Below, piece by piece: positions 9,181 through 18,349 of a stretch of 32,656 nucleotides of DNA (within the stretch, counting starts at the first letter, position 1; every line of letters starts with the position of its first letter). Both the position numbers and the translations under genes were made by a program. Source of the stretch: an uncultured bacterium (GTDB lineage: Bacteria > AUK180); assembly GCA_937863565.1 (NCBI GenBank), contig CALMGJ010000009.1:124001-156656 (forward strand). Reading direction: 5' to 3'. Below the pieces are notes generated by a model, which was not told the DNA's origin, did not search any database, and saw only the letters and a list, made by a program, of their open reading frames with translations.

Positions 9181-9336
9181 TATTTGTTTTTACGGGAATA
9201 ATGGGTGTCATATGCACACCGCGTTCATCTTTCCGGTTTCATTACCTTATCATACTACACATGATCATCTTCCATTTCATTCACCCTTTCTAGCGGTTTT
9301 CCGCCGTAAATAGACGACGTCCTCATTTTTTCATTT

Positions 9337-9365
9337 TTGACTTAAAAGGTAATTTTTGTTATAAT
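9337..9365 (+). promoter_or_regulatory. Sigma70 promoter of the ferredoxin-AOR operon
   Basis: TTGACT-17 nt-TATAAT with a TG extension. SD GAGGAG precedes the ATG at 9402. Confidence 0.75.
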
Positions 9366-9401
9366 CCACATGTCAACAATTCATGTACAGAGGAGTTTGC
9401 A

Positions 9402-9848
9402 ATGGCAGGACAAACGGCGAAGATCCTTAAATTCTACCCTGAGAAATGCAAAGGATGCCTCGAATGCGAGAAGGCCTGTTCTATGGTCCATTTCCGGACG
9501 GACGAAGGCGGAGAAAAATCCGCTATAAAAATTCTGAAAAAGAACGATTCCTATGTGATGCACGTCTGCAATCAGAACGGGCTCTGCATCGATATGTGCC
9601 CGGTCGGCGCGCTGACACGCATGCCGAACGGCACGGTGATCCTCAATAAAGCGGTCTGCATCGGTTGTCAGGCCTGTGTGGGATTCTGCCCGATTGGCGC
9701 AATGAGAAGAGCTTCCGTTTCGATCACCCCGTTCAAGTGCATTGCCTGCGGGAAATGCGTTGAGGCATGCCCGGAGAAAGCTCTCGAGCTTGTCGAGGCA
9801 AAGCTCGAAGGCATAAAGCAGATCGTATTCCACGATTATCACGAGTGA
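9402..9848 (+). CDS. Polyferredoxin / 4Fe-4S electron-transfer subunit of AOR
   Basis: CKGCLECEKAC, CIGCQACVGFCP and CIACGKCVEACP motifs. Directly upstream of the AOR gene. Confidence 0.93.
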   Translation: MAGQTAKILKFYPEKCKGCLECEKACSMVHFRTDEGGEKSAIKILKKNDSYVMHVCNQNGLCIDMCPVGALTRMPNGTVILNKAVCIGCQACVGFCPIGAMRRASVSITPFKCIACGKCVEACPEKALELVEAKLEGIKQIVFHDYHE

Positions 9849-9860
9849 TAGGAGAATCTA

Positions 9861-12197
9861 ATGACAAATGCCAATACGGGACAGTTCGACTGGAAAACAT
9901 ATAAAACGGAAAACACGAAACATGAGTGGGACCTTGGCGCTCTGAAGAAGGCGCACAGGGAGATCGCAAAATATAAATACGAATTAAAACCCCTTCACCG
10001 CGGATTCGCCGGCAGGACATTATATGTGAATCTCACAACGAAAGAGATCAAAGAAAAACCCGTTACGGACGAAATGAAAAAGAAATTCACGGGGGGCCGG
10101 GGTTTCGGCCTTAAGCTCATCTGGGATTCGATAAAACCCGATACGAAGTGGGACAGTCCCGAGAACGATCTCGTGATAACCACGGGCGTGATGTGCGGAG
10201 CTACTCAGTATCCCGGTTCCGGCAAATCGCTGTGCCTGACCGTTTCACCGTCGACCGGGATCCTTTGCGATTCCAATGTCGGCGGTTATTACGGACCATA
10301 CCTGAAATTCTCAGGTTTCGATGCGCTCGAGATACAGGGGAAATCCCGGGACGACGTGATCATCATCATAGACGGCCAGACAGGGGAGGTACGGATAGAA
10401 TCGGCTCCGAAAGAAGAGACCGACACTCATCTTCTTTCCGAGCAATTGATACATATGTACGCAAAATCGGACGACGACCGCGCAAGACAGCTGGTTTCTT
10501 CCGTTACGGCGGGAAAAGGGGCAGAACACAGCTATTGGGGATGCCTCAATTTCTCCTTCTGGGATATCAGAAGGAAGGTGGCAAGGGTCAAACAGGCAGG
10601 GAGAGGCGGGCTCGGCACGGTGCTCCGCGATAAGAAAGTAAAGGGTCTTGTGGTAATATCCCCTAAATTCACGGGCGTGCAGAACGATCCGGCAGATCCG
10701 GAACTTGCTGCAAAACTCGGCGAGAAGATGCACAAGGAGATCCGCGACGGCGACCGCAACGACTGCAATATGAGGCAGGTAGGCACCGCGCATCTTGTCG
10801 AGATCATGGACGCTTACGACCTTCTTCCGTGCGAAAATTACCGATTCGGCAAATTCCCAAAAGCGAGCAAGATATATTCGGGAGAATTCTATAAACTTTT
10901 CACGCAGATAATCCCCGACGGGTGCTGGCACGGATGCACGATGGCATGCGCCAAAGCGGTCGACGGGTTCAAGGTGAAAACCGGTCCCTACAAAGGCCAG
11001 AAGGTATCGGTTGACGGGCCCGAGTACGAAACCTGCGGATGCGCCGCCAATATGAGCATGTGGGATCCCCTGTGGGTTGTTGAATTCAATTTCTACTGCG
11101 ATACATACGGTCTTGACACCATATCCGCCGGAACCGGCATCGCCTTCTATATGGAGATGTTCGAATACGGCATACTCAACCGCGAAAGATGCGGCGGGCT
11201 GGAACTTGCGTTCGGTAATAATGATGCCGCGCTGGAACTTCTCCACAGGATAGCGCGCGGCGAGAACGACGAATTCACAAAGGTAGCGGGGAAGGGCATA
11301 CGCAGAGTCAAGGACTGGATCATAGAAAAAGGCTGGGGCGAGCCCAAGCTCGTCAATGATTGCGGCATGGAAAGCAAGGGGCTCGAATATTCGGAATATG
11401 TAACGAAGGAATCCCTCGCCATGCAGGGCGGATACGGTCTTACGCTTAAAGGACCTCAGCACGACGAGGCGTGGCTCATATTCATGGACATGGTCAACAA
11501 TCAGATCCCCACGTTCAAGGATAAAGCGGAAGCGCTCCACTATTTTCCGATGTGGCGTACCTGGTTCGGACTTAACGGACTTTGCAAACTTCCCTGGAAC
11601 GATATTACACCCGCGGATAATTCCAAAACACCGGAACCCGCCAAGGTGCCGGAACATGTTGAGAACTATGTACATTACCAGAATGCCATCACCGGTTGGG
11701 GCGTGAAGAAAGAAGAGCTGATACTCCAGAGCGAAAGATGCTACAACTGGCAGAGGGCGATGAACGTGTGGCTCGGCAGGGGAAGAAGAAAGGATGACTG
11801 GATACCGTTCCGTTCAATGGGTCCCGTTACCCGAATGGAGTATATCTCCAGGCAGGACAGGTATGACAAACAGCTTGAAGGGATACTCGGGAAAACACCC
11901 GAAGAAATAAAGGCGATGCCGGTTCAGGAAAAGCTCGACATCGTATACGAATACCGGAGGAACGCCTACGAAAAATTGGCGGATGCCGTTTATTTCAGAC
12001 GGGGATGGACACCCAACGGAATACCCGCTCCGCAGAAGATGAGATCCCTCGGGTTCGGTGACGAGAAGGATATGCTCGATATGCTTCAGAAGGTCATCGA
12101 CGAGGACGGGAAGAAAGGCCTTAATAATTGGGGCGGAAAATACGGTGCCGGGGAGAGCGCTCCTTCAAGCGATCCGAAATACTGGGAGAAGTGGTAA
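9861..12197 (+). CDS. aor: Tungsten-dependent aldehyde:ferredoxin oxidoreductase family (AOR/WOR) catalytic subunit
   Basis: GGRGFG, SNVGGYYG..LKFSGFDA, AGRGGLG..L..KKVKG, CWHGCTMAC, GPEYET, CDTYGLDTIS, GLCK and YFRRGW..NG.P motifs. SD GGAG. Confidence 0.93.
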   Translation: MTNANTGQFDWKTYKTENTKHEWDLGALKKAHREIAKYKYELKPLHRGFAGRTLYVNLTTKEIKEKPVTDEMKKKFTGGRGFGLKLIWDSIKPDTKWDSPENDLVITTGVMCGATQYPGSGKSLCLTVSPSTGILCDSNVGGYYGPYLKFSGFDALEIQGKSRDDVIIIIDGQTGEVRIESAPKEETDTHLLSEQLIHMYAKSDDDRARQLVSSVTAGKGAEHSYWGCLNFSFWDIRRKVARVKQAGRGGLGTVLRDKKVKGLVVISPKFTGVQNDPADPELAAKLGEKMHKEIRDGDRNDCNMRQVGTAHLVEIMDAYDLLPCENYRFGKFPKASKIYSGEFYKLFTQIIPDGCWHGCTMACAKAVDGFKVKTGPYKGQKVSVDGPEYETCGCAANMSMWDPLWVVEFNFYCDTYGLDTISAGTGIAFYMEMFEYGILNRERCGGLELAFGNNDAALELLHRIARGENDEFTKVAGKGIRRVKDWIIEKGWGEPKLVNDCGMESKGLEYSEYVTKESLAMQGGYGLTLKGPQHDEAWLIFMDMVNNQIPTFKDKAEALHYFPMWRTWFGLNGLCKLPWNDITPADNSKTPEPAKVPEHVENYVHYQNAITGWGVKKEELILQSERCYNWQRAMNVWLGRGRRKDDWIPFRSMGPVTRMEYISRQDRYDKQLEGILGKTPEEIKAMPVQEKLDIVYEYRRNAYEKLADAVYFRRGWTPNGIPAPQKMRSLGFGDEKDMLDMLQKVIDEDGKKGLNNWGGKYGAGESAPSSDPKYWEKW

Positions 12198-12204
12198 GGT
12201 CATT

Positions 12205-12810
12205 TTGAGCGGCGAAGACAGGATCCGTAATATCTTAAAAAAATACCGCGTCGGCATTGCGGGACTCGGCGGATTGGGTTCCAATGCCGCAACGGCGCTT
12301 GTCAGGGCCGGAGTGAAGAAATTCGTTTTAGTAGATTTCGACCGCGTCGAGGCGAGTAATCTCAACAGGCAGTATTTTTTTGCAGACCAGATAGGAAAAT
12401 TGAAAACAGCCGCTCTTCGGGAGAACCTCTTCCGGATCTATGAAGATCTTGAGATCGAAATTATCAATGACCGTCTCGAAAAAGGCAGAATGACGAAGCA
12501 CTTCAAAAAGTGCGATATCGTGATCGAGGCGCTGGATGCGGCGGATAAAAAGGAAGCGCTGATAATCGAAATGCAGGAACACCTTGCCGGAATCCCGCTT
12601 GTTGCGGCAAGCGGCGTAGGGGGGATGGGCCCATCCGACGGGATAAGGACGGTTAAAACGGGAAATCTGTATTTATGCTATAATGATGCCGGACGCGAGA
12701 ACGATGTTCTGATATCCTCGAGGGTATGCATCATGGCCAATTGGGAGGCAAACCTTGCGCTGGAGATAATGCTGGAGATGGAAAATGGAAAAGATAACGG
12801 TCAACGGTAA
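12205..12810 (+). CDS. thiF: ThiF/MoeB-family sulfur-carrier adenylyltransferase (short form without CxxC zinc motifs)
   Basis: GIAGLGGLGS, DFDRVEASNLNRQ and IEALD motifs. The likely start is TTG 12205 after TAAGGT, rather than 12058, which lies inside aor. Confidence 0.88.
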   Translation: MSGEDRIRNILKKYRVGIAGLGGLGSNAATALVRAGVKKFVLVDFDRVEASNLNRQYFFADQIGKLKTAALRENLFRIYEDLEIEIINDRLEKGRMTKHFKKCDIVIEALDAADKKEALIIEMQEHLAGIPLVAASGVGGMGPSDGIRTVKTGNLYLCYNDAGRENDVLISSRVCIMANWEANLALEIMLEMENGKDNGQR

Positions 12811-12988
12811 TCAGGTAGACTGGGTCGAAGGCGAAACGCTCTCGCGTCTTCTTGAGCGCATGAATTTCGTCTTCAGACTGCTTGCCATAAAGATAAACGG
12901 AGAGATCGTCCCGAAGGAAGATTATGCCAAAGCATTAATCCCAAAGGGCGCAAAGGTCGAAGTGATACATCTCATAAGCGGGGGATAA
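12785..12988 (+). CDS. thiS: ThiS/MoaD-family sulfur carrier protein
   Basis: 67 aa, ITVNG..AIKINGEIV..VEVIHLISGG with C-terminal Gly-Gly. Overlaps the end of thiF. Confidence 0.92.
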   Translation: MEKITVNGNQVDWVEGETLSRLLERMNFVFRLLAIKINGEIVPKEDYAKALIPKGAKVEVIHLISGG

Positions 12989-12991
12989 AGG

Positions 12992-13543
12992 ATGAAGGTA
13001 AGGGGCTTTGCCCTTAAAAGCACTTGCCAGTATATCCGCAAGCATTACGGCGAACTTATGATGATCCAGATCATAAACCGCATCCCAGCGGACCTGAGAC
13101 ATTATTTTCTGGACGAGGAGTTCAATGCCCTGAAATGGTATCCCTATGATCTGTACGAAACGTTGAACAGGCAGATCGTCGAACGTATCGGAGGGGGGGA
13201 TTATACGATCCTCTACGATTGCGCAAGGACCGGGGCGAAGGAATACTTCGATTCCACGCTCGGCTTTTTCATCAAGGACAGAACGCCGATGAATGTGGTA
13301 AGGAACGTCAATAATGTTTTTTCCAATTATTTCGAGATCGGCAAGATTGAAAAGGTCGGAGAAAAAGACGGGCATCATTATTTTGAACTCAAGAACATAG
13401 ACAATAAACAGGACCTTTTCGAGCGTGTCAGAGGCTTTCTCAAAGGCATGTTCGAGATCACAAAAGCAAAATTCTCCCATGTGAGCTATCTTTACGATTT
13501 CTTTCATAGAAAAGTGACTTTCGATCTTTACTGGGAAGGCTGA
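12992..13543 (+). CDS. Hypothetical protein resembling DUF2378/TIGR02265 (H-NOX/V4R-like ligand-binding fold)
   Basis: MKVRG..LKS..QYI..HYG..I..IP..WYPYDLY..A pattern. Starts 3 nt after the thiS stop, with SD AAGGA. Confidence 0.55.
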   Translation: MKVRGFALKSTCQYIRKHYGELMMIQIINRIPADLRHYFLDEEFNALKWYPYDLYETLNRQIVERIGGGDYTILYDCARTGAKEYFDSTLGFFIKDRTPMNVVRNVNNVFSNYFEIGKIEKVGEKDGHHYFELKNIDNKQDLFERVRGFLKGMFEITKAKFSHVSYLYDFFHRKVTFDLYWEG

Positions 13544-14157
13544 CCCCTCAGATAACTTTTCAGATAGGTGCTCATAAGATCCACCGCCTTTTCATTGTAT
13601 CCGCCTTCAGGAACGATTATATCTGCAAATTTTTTTGTCGGTTCGACGAATTCGATATGCATCGGCCGCACCGTGCCGAGATACTGGTCTATTACCGAAT
13701 CAAGCGTTCTTCCCCTTTCGTTCATATCCCGCAATATCCTCCTTGTAAGCCGGACATCGGACGGGGTATCTACGAATATCTTGAAATCCATGAGCTCCCT
13801 CAGTTTTTTAAAGTAGAAGATCAGTATCCCTTCGAGAATTATTATGTGGGTGCCTTCGATCCTTTTTGTTTCAGCGTGCCTTTTATGGGTCGCGAAATCG
13901 TATACGGGGCATTCGATGGGCCTTTTCGCCTTAAGATCCTTGAGTTGATCCGCAAGAAGTTCCGTGTCGAAGGCGTCGGGATGATCGTAATTGCGCTCCT
14001 CCACCGGAACGCGGTCCATATCCCTGTAATAGGAATCCTGCGAGATCACGGTGATCGATTCTTTCAGTATCTCCCTGATCTTGCTCGCGACCGTGGTCTT
14101 GCCCGAGCCCGTACCGCCCGCTATGCCGATAAGATATACGCTGTTTTCCTTTTTCAT
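13528..14157 (-). CDS. udk: Uridine kinase
   Basis: [45 protein letters not shown] and VRPMH..FVEPTK motifs. Confidence 0.97.
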   Translation of the reverse strand: MKKENSVYLIGIAGGTGSGKTTVASKIREILKESITVISQDSYYRDMDRVPVEERNYDHPDAFDTELLADQLKDLKAKRPIECPVYDFATHKRHAETKRIEGTHIIILEGILIFYFKKLRELMDFKIFVDTPSDVRLTRRILRDMNERGRTLDSVIDQYLGTVRPMHIEFVEPTKKFADIIVPEGGYNEKAVDLMSTYLKSYLRGQPSQ

Positions 14158-14519
14158 TTCCCCTTCCTCCCGGAGATATCCAGAGAATAAATAAGTGCGG
14201 CGGCCGCGGCGGTGCCGAGCACATCGAAAACAAGGTCCTTATAGGAGAACCTGTTCGTTTTGAACTTCATCCCGGACGCCATATCCTTCAGTTCCTTCCC
14301 GATGCTGAAAGTCAATGTGACCGCGCAGGAGATCCGGAGCGAATCCCGCATATCCCCGCCCCGCTGATACCGGAAATAAGAATAACTCCATAGGGTTGCG
14401 GAGAATGCCGTTATGAAATGGAAGGCCTTATCCCTCGAAAGCCATTCATCCTCCGGGACGGCAGGCCGGCACACAAATAAAAGCAGAAGGACAAGAACGG
14501 CGGCTTCAGTTCTTTTCAT
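14154..14519 (-). CDS. YfiM/DUF2279-like small membrane or exported protein
   Basis: Hydrophobic N-terminus followed by [19 protein letters not shown] and [12 protein letters not shown]. Confidence 0.75.
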   Translation of the reverse strand: MKRTEAAVLVLLLLFVCRPAVPEDEWLSRDKAFHFITAFSATLWSYSYFRYQRGGDMRDSLRISCAVTLTFSIGKELKDMASGMKFKTNRFSYKDLVFDVLGTAAAAALIYSLDISGRKGK

Positions 14520-15357
14520 TTCTTATGAACCTGTATATGTATTCCTGCAATAAACCGGCGTATTTCCCGAAACGCCGGGAAAATTTTCCGGGATCCTCGG
14601 ATGAAAGGTATCTTGCGTAGAATCTTTTTATCCACACATCCGCAGGGAAGGCCTCTCCGTGAGAAAGTGAAAAGAGACACACGCACTCCGCGATCTTGTC
14701 CCCGATGCCCGAAAAGGATTTCAGCATCTCCCCCGCCCCGGCCCGGCCGGCCGACCTTATCTTATCGAGCATTGCGTCATCCGCATTCCGTATGAGGTCC
14801 ATGAAATACCTTTCCCTGAACCCGAGGTTCAGGCCTTTGATCTGTTTACCGGAAAGCGATTTTAGGTCTTCCGGTTTCGGGAAAAGGTACTGTTTTTCCC
14901 CTTTATGCATGATCCCGTTCTCCGGGAAAAGGGCGCACAGGCGCGCGATGCGCTTCGAAATAAGCGGAATGGCCGATTGCTGGGAGAAGAGGAACGCTGT
15001 CATCGTCTCTAAAAGTTCCTGCCGGAGAAGGACGAGGCCTGAAGACCGGTCTATGATGCGTCTGAAAAGACCCCTGTATTTTCCGCTTTTGCCGATGATC
15101 GCGGAGAATGCCTCGTCAAGATCGACAGCCGTATTGAAATATTTCTTCAAGTATGCCTTCGCGGCGTTTTCCGTGAAGCCGGGGGCAGGGGTTACTTCGA
15201 AAAAGAGCCTTGCTCCTTTCTGCCTTACATCGCATACGCCGGCATCCGTCACGCCTCTCCAGAAGCCCTCTTTTTTTATCCAGCGGAAGGTCTGACCGCA
15301 GTCCAGCGTTGCGTCAAGATCGTATTTTCCGTGAACGTGAAGAACGATCTCAGTCAT
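14506..15357 (-). CDS. ogg: 8-oxoguanine DNA glycosylase (OGG N-terminal + HhH-GPD)
   Basis: LDATLDCGQTFRW, LLRQ, LGFR..Y, HhH motif SGIGDKIAECVCLFSL, FPADVWI and YAGLLQEY. Start moved to ATG 15357. Confidence 0.9.
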   Translation of the reverse strand: MTEIVLHVHGKYDLDATLDCGQTFRWIKKEGFWRGVTDAGVCDVRQKGARLFFEVTPAPGFTENAAKAYLKKYFNTAVDLDEAFSAIIGKSGKYRGLFRRIIDRSSGLVLLRQELLETMTAFLFSQQSAIPLISKRIARLCALFPENGIMHKGEKQYLFPKPEDLKSLSGKQIKGLNLGFRERYFMDLIRNADDAMLDKIRSAGRAGAGEMLKSFSGIGDKIAECVCLFSLSHGEAFPADVWIKRFYARYLSSEDPGKFSRRFGKYAGLLQEYIYRFIRNEKN

Positions 15358-16336
15358 TCCTGAAATATCCGGCCAATGCGGAGGGTTGAACCCCATTGCT
15401 CAGAAGAACGGCAAGTTTGATCCTTGCCTTGGGGCCGGAAAGCGAACCCCCGAAGATGCATCCCATTTCCTTGAGATTCCTGCCGCCGCCCTTGTATCCG
15501 TACACATCGAGCACCCGGCCCTGAAATGCGCGGGAAACGATCAGAACGGGCATGCCCTTTTTAAGCGCCTTTTCAATACCGGGCAGACAGGCAGGCGGGA
15601 CATTGCCGCGGCCCAGCGCTTCTATGACGATACCGGAGGCGCCTTTTTTAACGCAGGCATCTATGAAAACGGAATCGGCGCCCATATAGAGTTTGACGAG
15701 ATAGATATCCTCTATGATCTTTCTGATATCGTAGAATTCGTAGAAATGCCGCTGTCTGTAGAAGATGATGCGGTCCTCGTCCACGACGCCGAGTATGCCC
15801 ATATCGAGCGAGGAGAACGAGGAGATATTTGAAGTATCCGTTTTCTTAACCGTTTTCGCGTCGAAGATCTCGTCGTTCACGACGACCATTACCTTGTATT
15901 TATACGCCTCGTTGTTCGCGGCCACCTTTATTGCGGAATAGAGATTGCGGGGCCCGTCGAGACCGAGTTCGTTGGAAGAGCGCATCGCGGCCGTCATTAC
16001 GACGGGCCGTTTTTTCTTTATCGTAAGATCTAAAAAATAGGCCGTCTCCTCCAGCGTATCCGTTCCGTGTGTGATCACGAAACCGTCGTATATGTCCTGT
16101 TTCGAGAGTATTAGCTCCCTGATCTTCATCGCATGCTCGAGCGTGATGTGCGGAGATGGGAAGTTCCCGAATTCGTGGATGTCCACGCTTATCTTTTTTT
16201 TGAACGGGGGCAGCATCTTCATAAGTTCTTTTCCGTCAAGGACCGGTTTCGCTCCGGCCCTGTCCCTGAACGAACCGGCCATGCCGATCGTTCCGCCCGT
16301 GCTGATAAGCAGGATCTTTTTGGTTTTCATATTCAC
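15350..16336 (-). CDS. ansA: L-asparaginase (type I/II family)
   Basis: STGGTIG, THGTDTLEETAYFL, AMRS, DGPRNL and GRGNVP motifs. Confidence 0.93.
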   Translation of the reverse strand: MNMKTKKILLISTGGTIGMAGSFRDRAGAKPVLDGKELMKMLPPFKKKISVDIHEFGNFPSPHITLEHAMKIRELILSKQDIYDGFVITHGTDTLEETAYFLDLTIKKKRPVVMTAAMRSSNELGLDGPRNLYSAIKVAANNEAYKYKVMVVVNDEIFDAKTVKKTDTSNISSFSSLDMGILGVVDEDRIIFYRQRHFYEFYDIRKIIEDIYLVKLYMGADSVFIDACVKKGASGIVIEALGRGNVPPACLPGIEKALKKGMPVLIVSRAFQGRVLDVYGYKGGGRNLKEMGCIFGGSLSGPKARIKLAVLLSNGVQPSALAGYFRND

Positions 16337-16819
16337 TTATTCCTTATAACCTATTTTGCGGAGGAATTCTTTCCTTTTTTTAATATCCTCTTCTTTCTCC
16401 ACGCCCTTCGGCATCAGTCCGTCGAAAACGCCGAGAAGCGCCCGACTCCCGTTCTCTTCGGCAACGAGGACGGAAACGGGGTTCGCCGTGGCGCAGAATA
16501 TCCCTACGATCTCATCGACCGCCTGAAGGCGCTTGAGCACATTGACCGGAAAGGCATTGCCGAGAACTAGGATGAAACTGTGGCCGCATCCGACCTTTTC
16601 CGCGTTCATGACTGCGATGCGTTCGAGTTCGGGATCGGTCCCCGTCCTTCTCACAAGGCAGGGGCCGGAGGCTTCGCAGAAGGCAAGGCCGAATTTTATC
16701 CCGGGCACGGCGCCGACCATCGCTTCGCGCACATCCTCAACTGTCTTGATGAAATGCGATTGACCGATTATTATGTTCATATCCTCGGGTTTGTCGATTT
16801 TGACCGTTTTGAATTCCAT
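16337..16819 (-). CDS. Adenosine-specific kinase (DUF355 family)
   Basis: NIIIGQSHFIKTVED, FGLAFCEASG, GHSF, FCATANP, GVFDG and LRKIGYK motifs. SD AGGAGG. Confidence 0.92.
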   Translation of the reverse strand: MEFKTVKIDKPEDMNIIIGQSHFIKTVEDVREAMVGAVPGIKFGLAFCEASGPCLVRRTGTDPELERIAVMNAEKVGCGHSFILVLGNAFPVNVLKRLQAVDEIVGIFCATANPVSVLVAEENGSRALLGVFDGLMPKGVEKEEDIKKRKEFLRKIGYKE

Positions 16820-16879
16820 ATGTTCCTCCTGCCTTGCCGGCCGCGTTCCCGCGCGAACGCATACGCATCCGGTTTCAGA

Positions 16880-16908
16880 ATTTTATTATAATCGGGGGAA
16901 AAAGTCAA
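16880..16908 (-). promoter_or_regulatory. Sigma70 promoter for the adenosine kinase-asparaginase-ogg-yfiM-udk operon
   Basis: Minus strand TTGACT-17 nt-TAAAAT. Confidence 0.65.
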
Positions 16909-16975
16909 TACATAGGAATATTTAGCGGTTTATAGGGGGTTTTAATATGAGGTTTCATCCCGATGCAATTTAGTA

Positions 16976-16991
16976 TGCCCGTAAAATATAA
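16976..16991 (+). repeat. 16-bp direct repeat, copy 1 (tgcccgtaaaatataa)
   Basis: Identical to 18327-18342. Confidence 0.85.
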
Positions 16992-17012
16992 AGACCAGGT
17001 ACCTTTTGAAAG

Positions 17013-17420
17013 TTATTTTTCTGCTACTTGTTTTATTTTGTTAGCAATCAGAAAATACTCTCTTGTCAGGAAAAGGAATAAATAGAAACTCAGGCTTACC
17101 GAAAGGTGGCAAGAAAAATATATTGTCTTCTCGAAAGCGGGGATGCATATAAAAAGGAAAAGGATTATAAGCGCGAGCCCGGAAAGTATCAGGCCGATTA
17201 CTTCTCGTTTTATTAGTATGAAAAAGTGAAAATATACATACGATACCGCCGTTGACGCAAAAACAGAAAGAAGCGGAGATCCGCTGATTACCGGACTTTC
17301 GGTATTTCCGATAAGGATCATTCTGTTTAGGAAAAGGTATAGGAACCCCGCGGCTCCGAGCCAGATTATAAAATTTGTGATTTTCAAGTCCCTGATGTTG
17401 TTTATCCGCTTTTCAAGCAT
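17013..17420 (-). CDS. Four-TM membrane protein (possible immunity partner of the upstream lipoprotein)
   Basis: Four hydrophobic Phe/Leu/Ile-rich segments. Likely start ATG 17420, 11 nt after the lipoprotein stop. The immunity role is inference. Confidence 0.65.
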   Translation of the reverse strand: MLEKRINNIRDLKITNFIIWLGAAGFLYLFLNRMILIGNTESPVISGSPLLSVFASTAVSYVYFHFFILIKREVIGLILSGLALIILFLFICIPAFEKTIYFSCHLSVSLSFYLFLFLTREYFLIANKIKQVAEK

Positions 17421-17431
17421 ATCTATTCTCT

Positions 17432-18181
17432 TTAAAAACAATCTACACAGGCAGACGAATCAAAGCAATTCTGTATTTCTTCTTCTAATGTAGTTCCTGA
17501 TTCTAATGCCTTTTTTTCCACTCCCTTAAAGCATTCATTGCATAAAATACAATCTATCGCCCACCAAGCAGCACGTAATACCAATATTGTACCGATTACG
17601 GCTGCTGCTATAAGAATAATAGGTAAGGCAGCATCGGGTGTTCTGAAAAATGATGTAGCAGAATTCCAATCTGTAAAAATACCTTCAAAATATACATCTC
17701 CATCATGATCTAGCATTTTAAGGGTTAGTATTTTCAGCATTAATATTACTGCGTGATCCATTTGAGACAGGGTTTTGGGAATATCTATCCTCGCCAATCT
17801 TTTCTTTACTGCCTCGCAATTATTCTGATTTGAGACTGTAAATGATAATATAATTGATTCGATTTGCTCTTGAAATTTATTGGCTCTTTCTATGTTTACA
17901 AATTCTATCTCGTTATTCTTAATGCATGCTAAGAGAAAGTTAATAAAATATAACTTAGAAGGAAGTTTATAATAATTTTCATAGTATATGTCTTTATATT
18001 TGTCAAGTTTAATAATAATGGGAATTATTTCACTATCTTCAATTATTTTGGGGGATTTTGCTCCCGAAAGCAGTGCATTCTGAATAGGGTCTGTTGGTAA
18101 GTTAGAAATCTTTGAACACCCGGTAAACGTAACAAGTGCAATACATAGAAGTAACCTGAAAAAATTAAAAGATTTTTTCAT
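17432..18181 (-). CDS. Lipoprotein with hydrophobic and six-cysteine C-terminal domain, unknown function
   Basis: Signal peptide with lipobox (VTFTG-C). C-terminal AALPIILIAAAVIGTILVLRAAWW followed by CILCNEC...CFDSSACVDCF. SD GGAGGGG. Confidence 0.75.
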   Translation of the reverse strand: MKKSFNFFRLLLCIALVTFTGCSKISNLPTDPIQNALLSGAKSPKIIEDSEIIPIIIKLDKYKDIYYENYYKLPSKLYFINFLLACIKNNEIEFVNIERANKFQEQIESIILSFTVSNQNNCEAVKKRLARIDIPKTLSQMDHAVILMLKILTLKMLDHDGDVYFEGIFTDWNSATSFFRTPDAALPIILIAAAVIGTILVLRAAWWAIDCILCNECFKGVEKKALESGTTLEEEIQNCFDSSACVDCF

Positions 18182-18217
18182 AATCCCCTCCTATAATTAT
18201 TTAAAATAGTATATTAT

Positions 18218-18246
18218 ATTTTACTACTTTTATTTTTATTTTGCAA
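18218..18246 (-). promoter_or_regulatory. Sigma70 promoter of the lipoprotein module
   Basis: Minus strand TTGCAA-17 nt-TAAAAT. AT-rich context lowers certainty. Confidence 0.55.
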
Positions 18247-18326
18247 GCTTGATAAGGGATGTATATAATATGGAGCAGTATTTGATAACATTCGCTCGCC
18301 TACCGTCTCCCGGCATTAATTAAGCT

Positions 18327-18342
18327 TGCCCGTAAAATATAA
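18327..18342 (+). repeat. 16-bp direct repeat, copy 2 (tgcccgtaaaatataa)
   Basis: Identical to 16976-16991; lies 7 nt past the UPF0489 stop. Confidence 0.85.
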
Positions 18343-18349
18343 CACTATC

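Noticed and set aside
10311-11675. 454-aa ORF antisense to aor
   Set aside because: Lies wholly opposite a well-supported gene and has no recognisable motifs; a typical shadow ORF.
18202-18224. dif/Xer-like site (taaaata-gtatatta-tatttta)
   Set aside because: Very AT-rich, poor match to the XerC arm, and coincides with the lipoprotein promoter -10.
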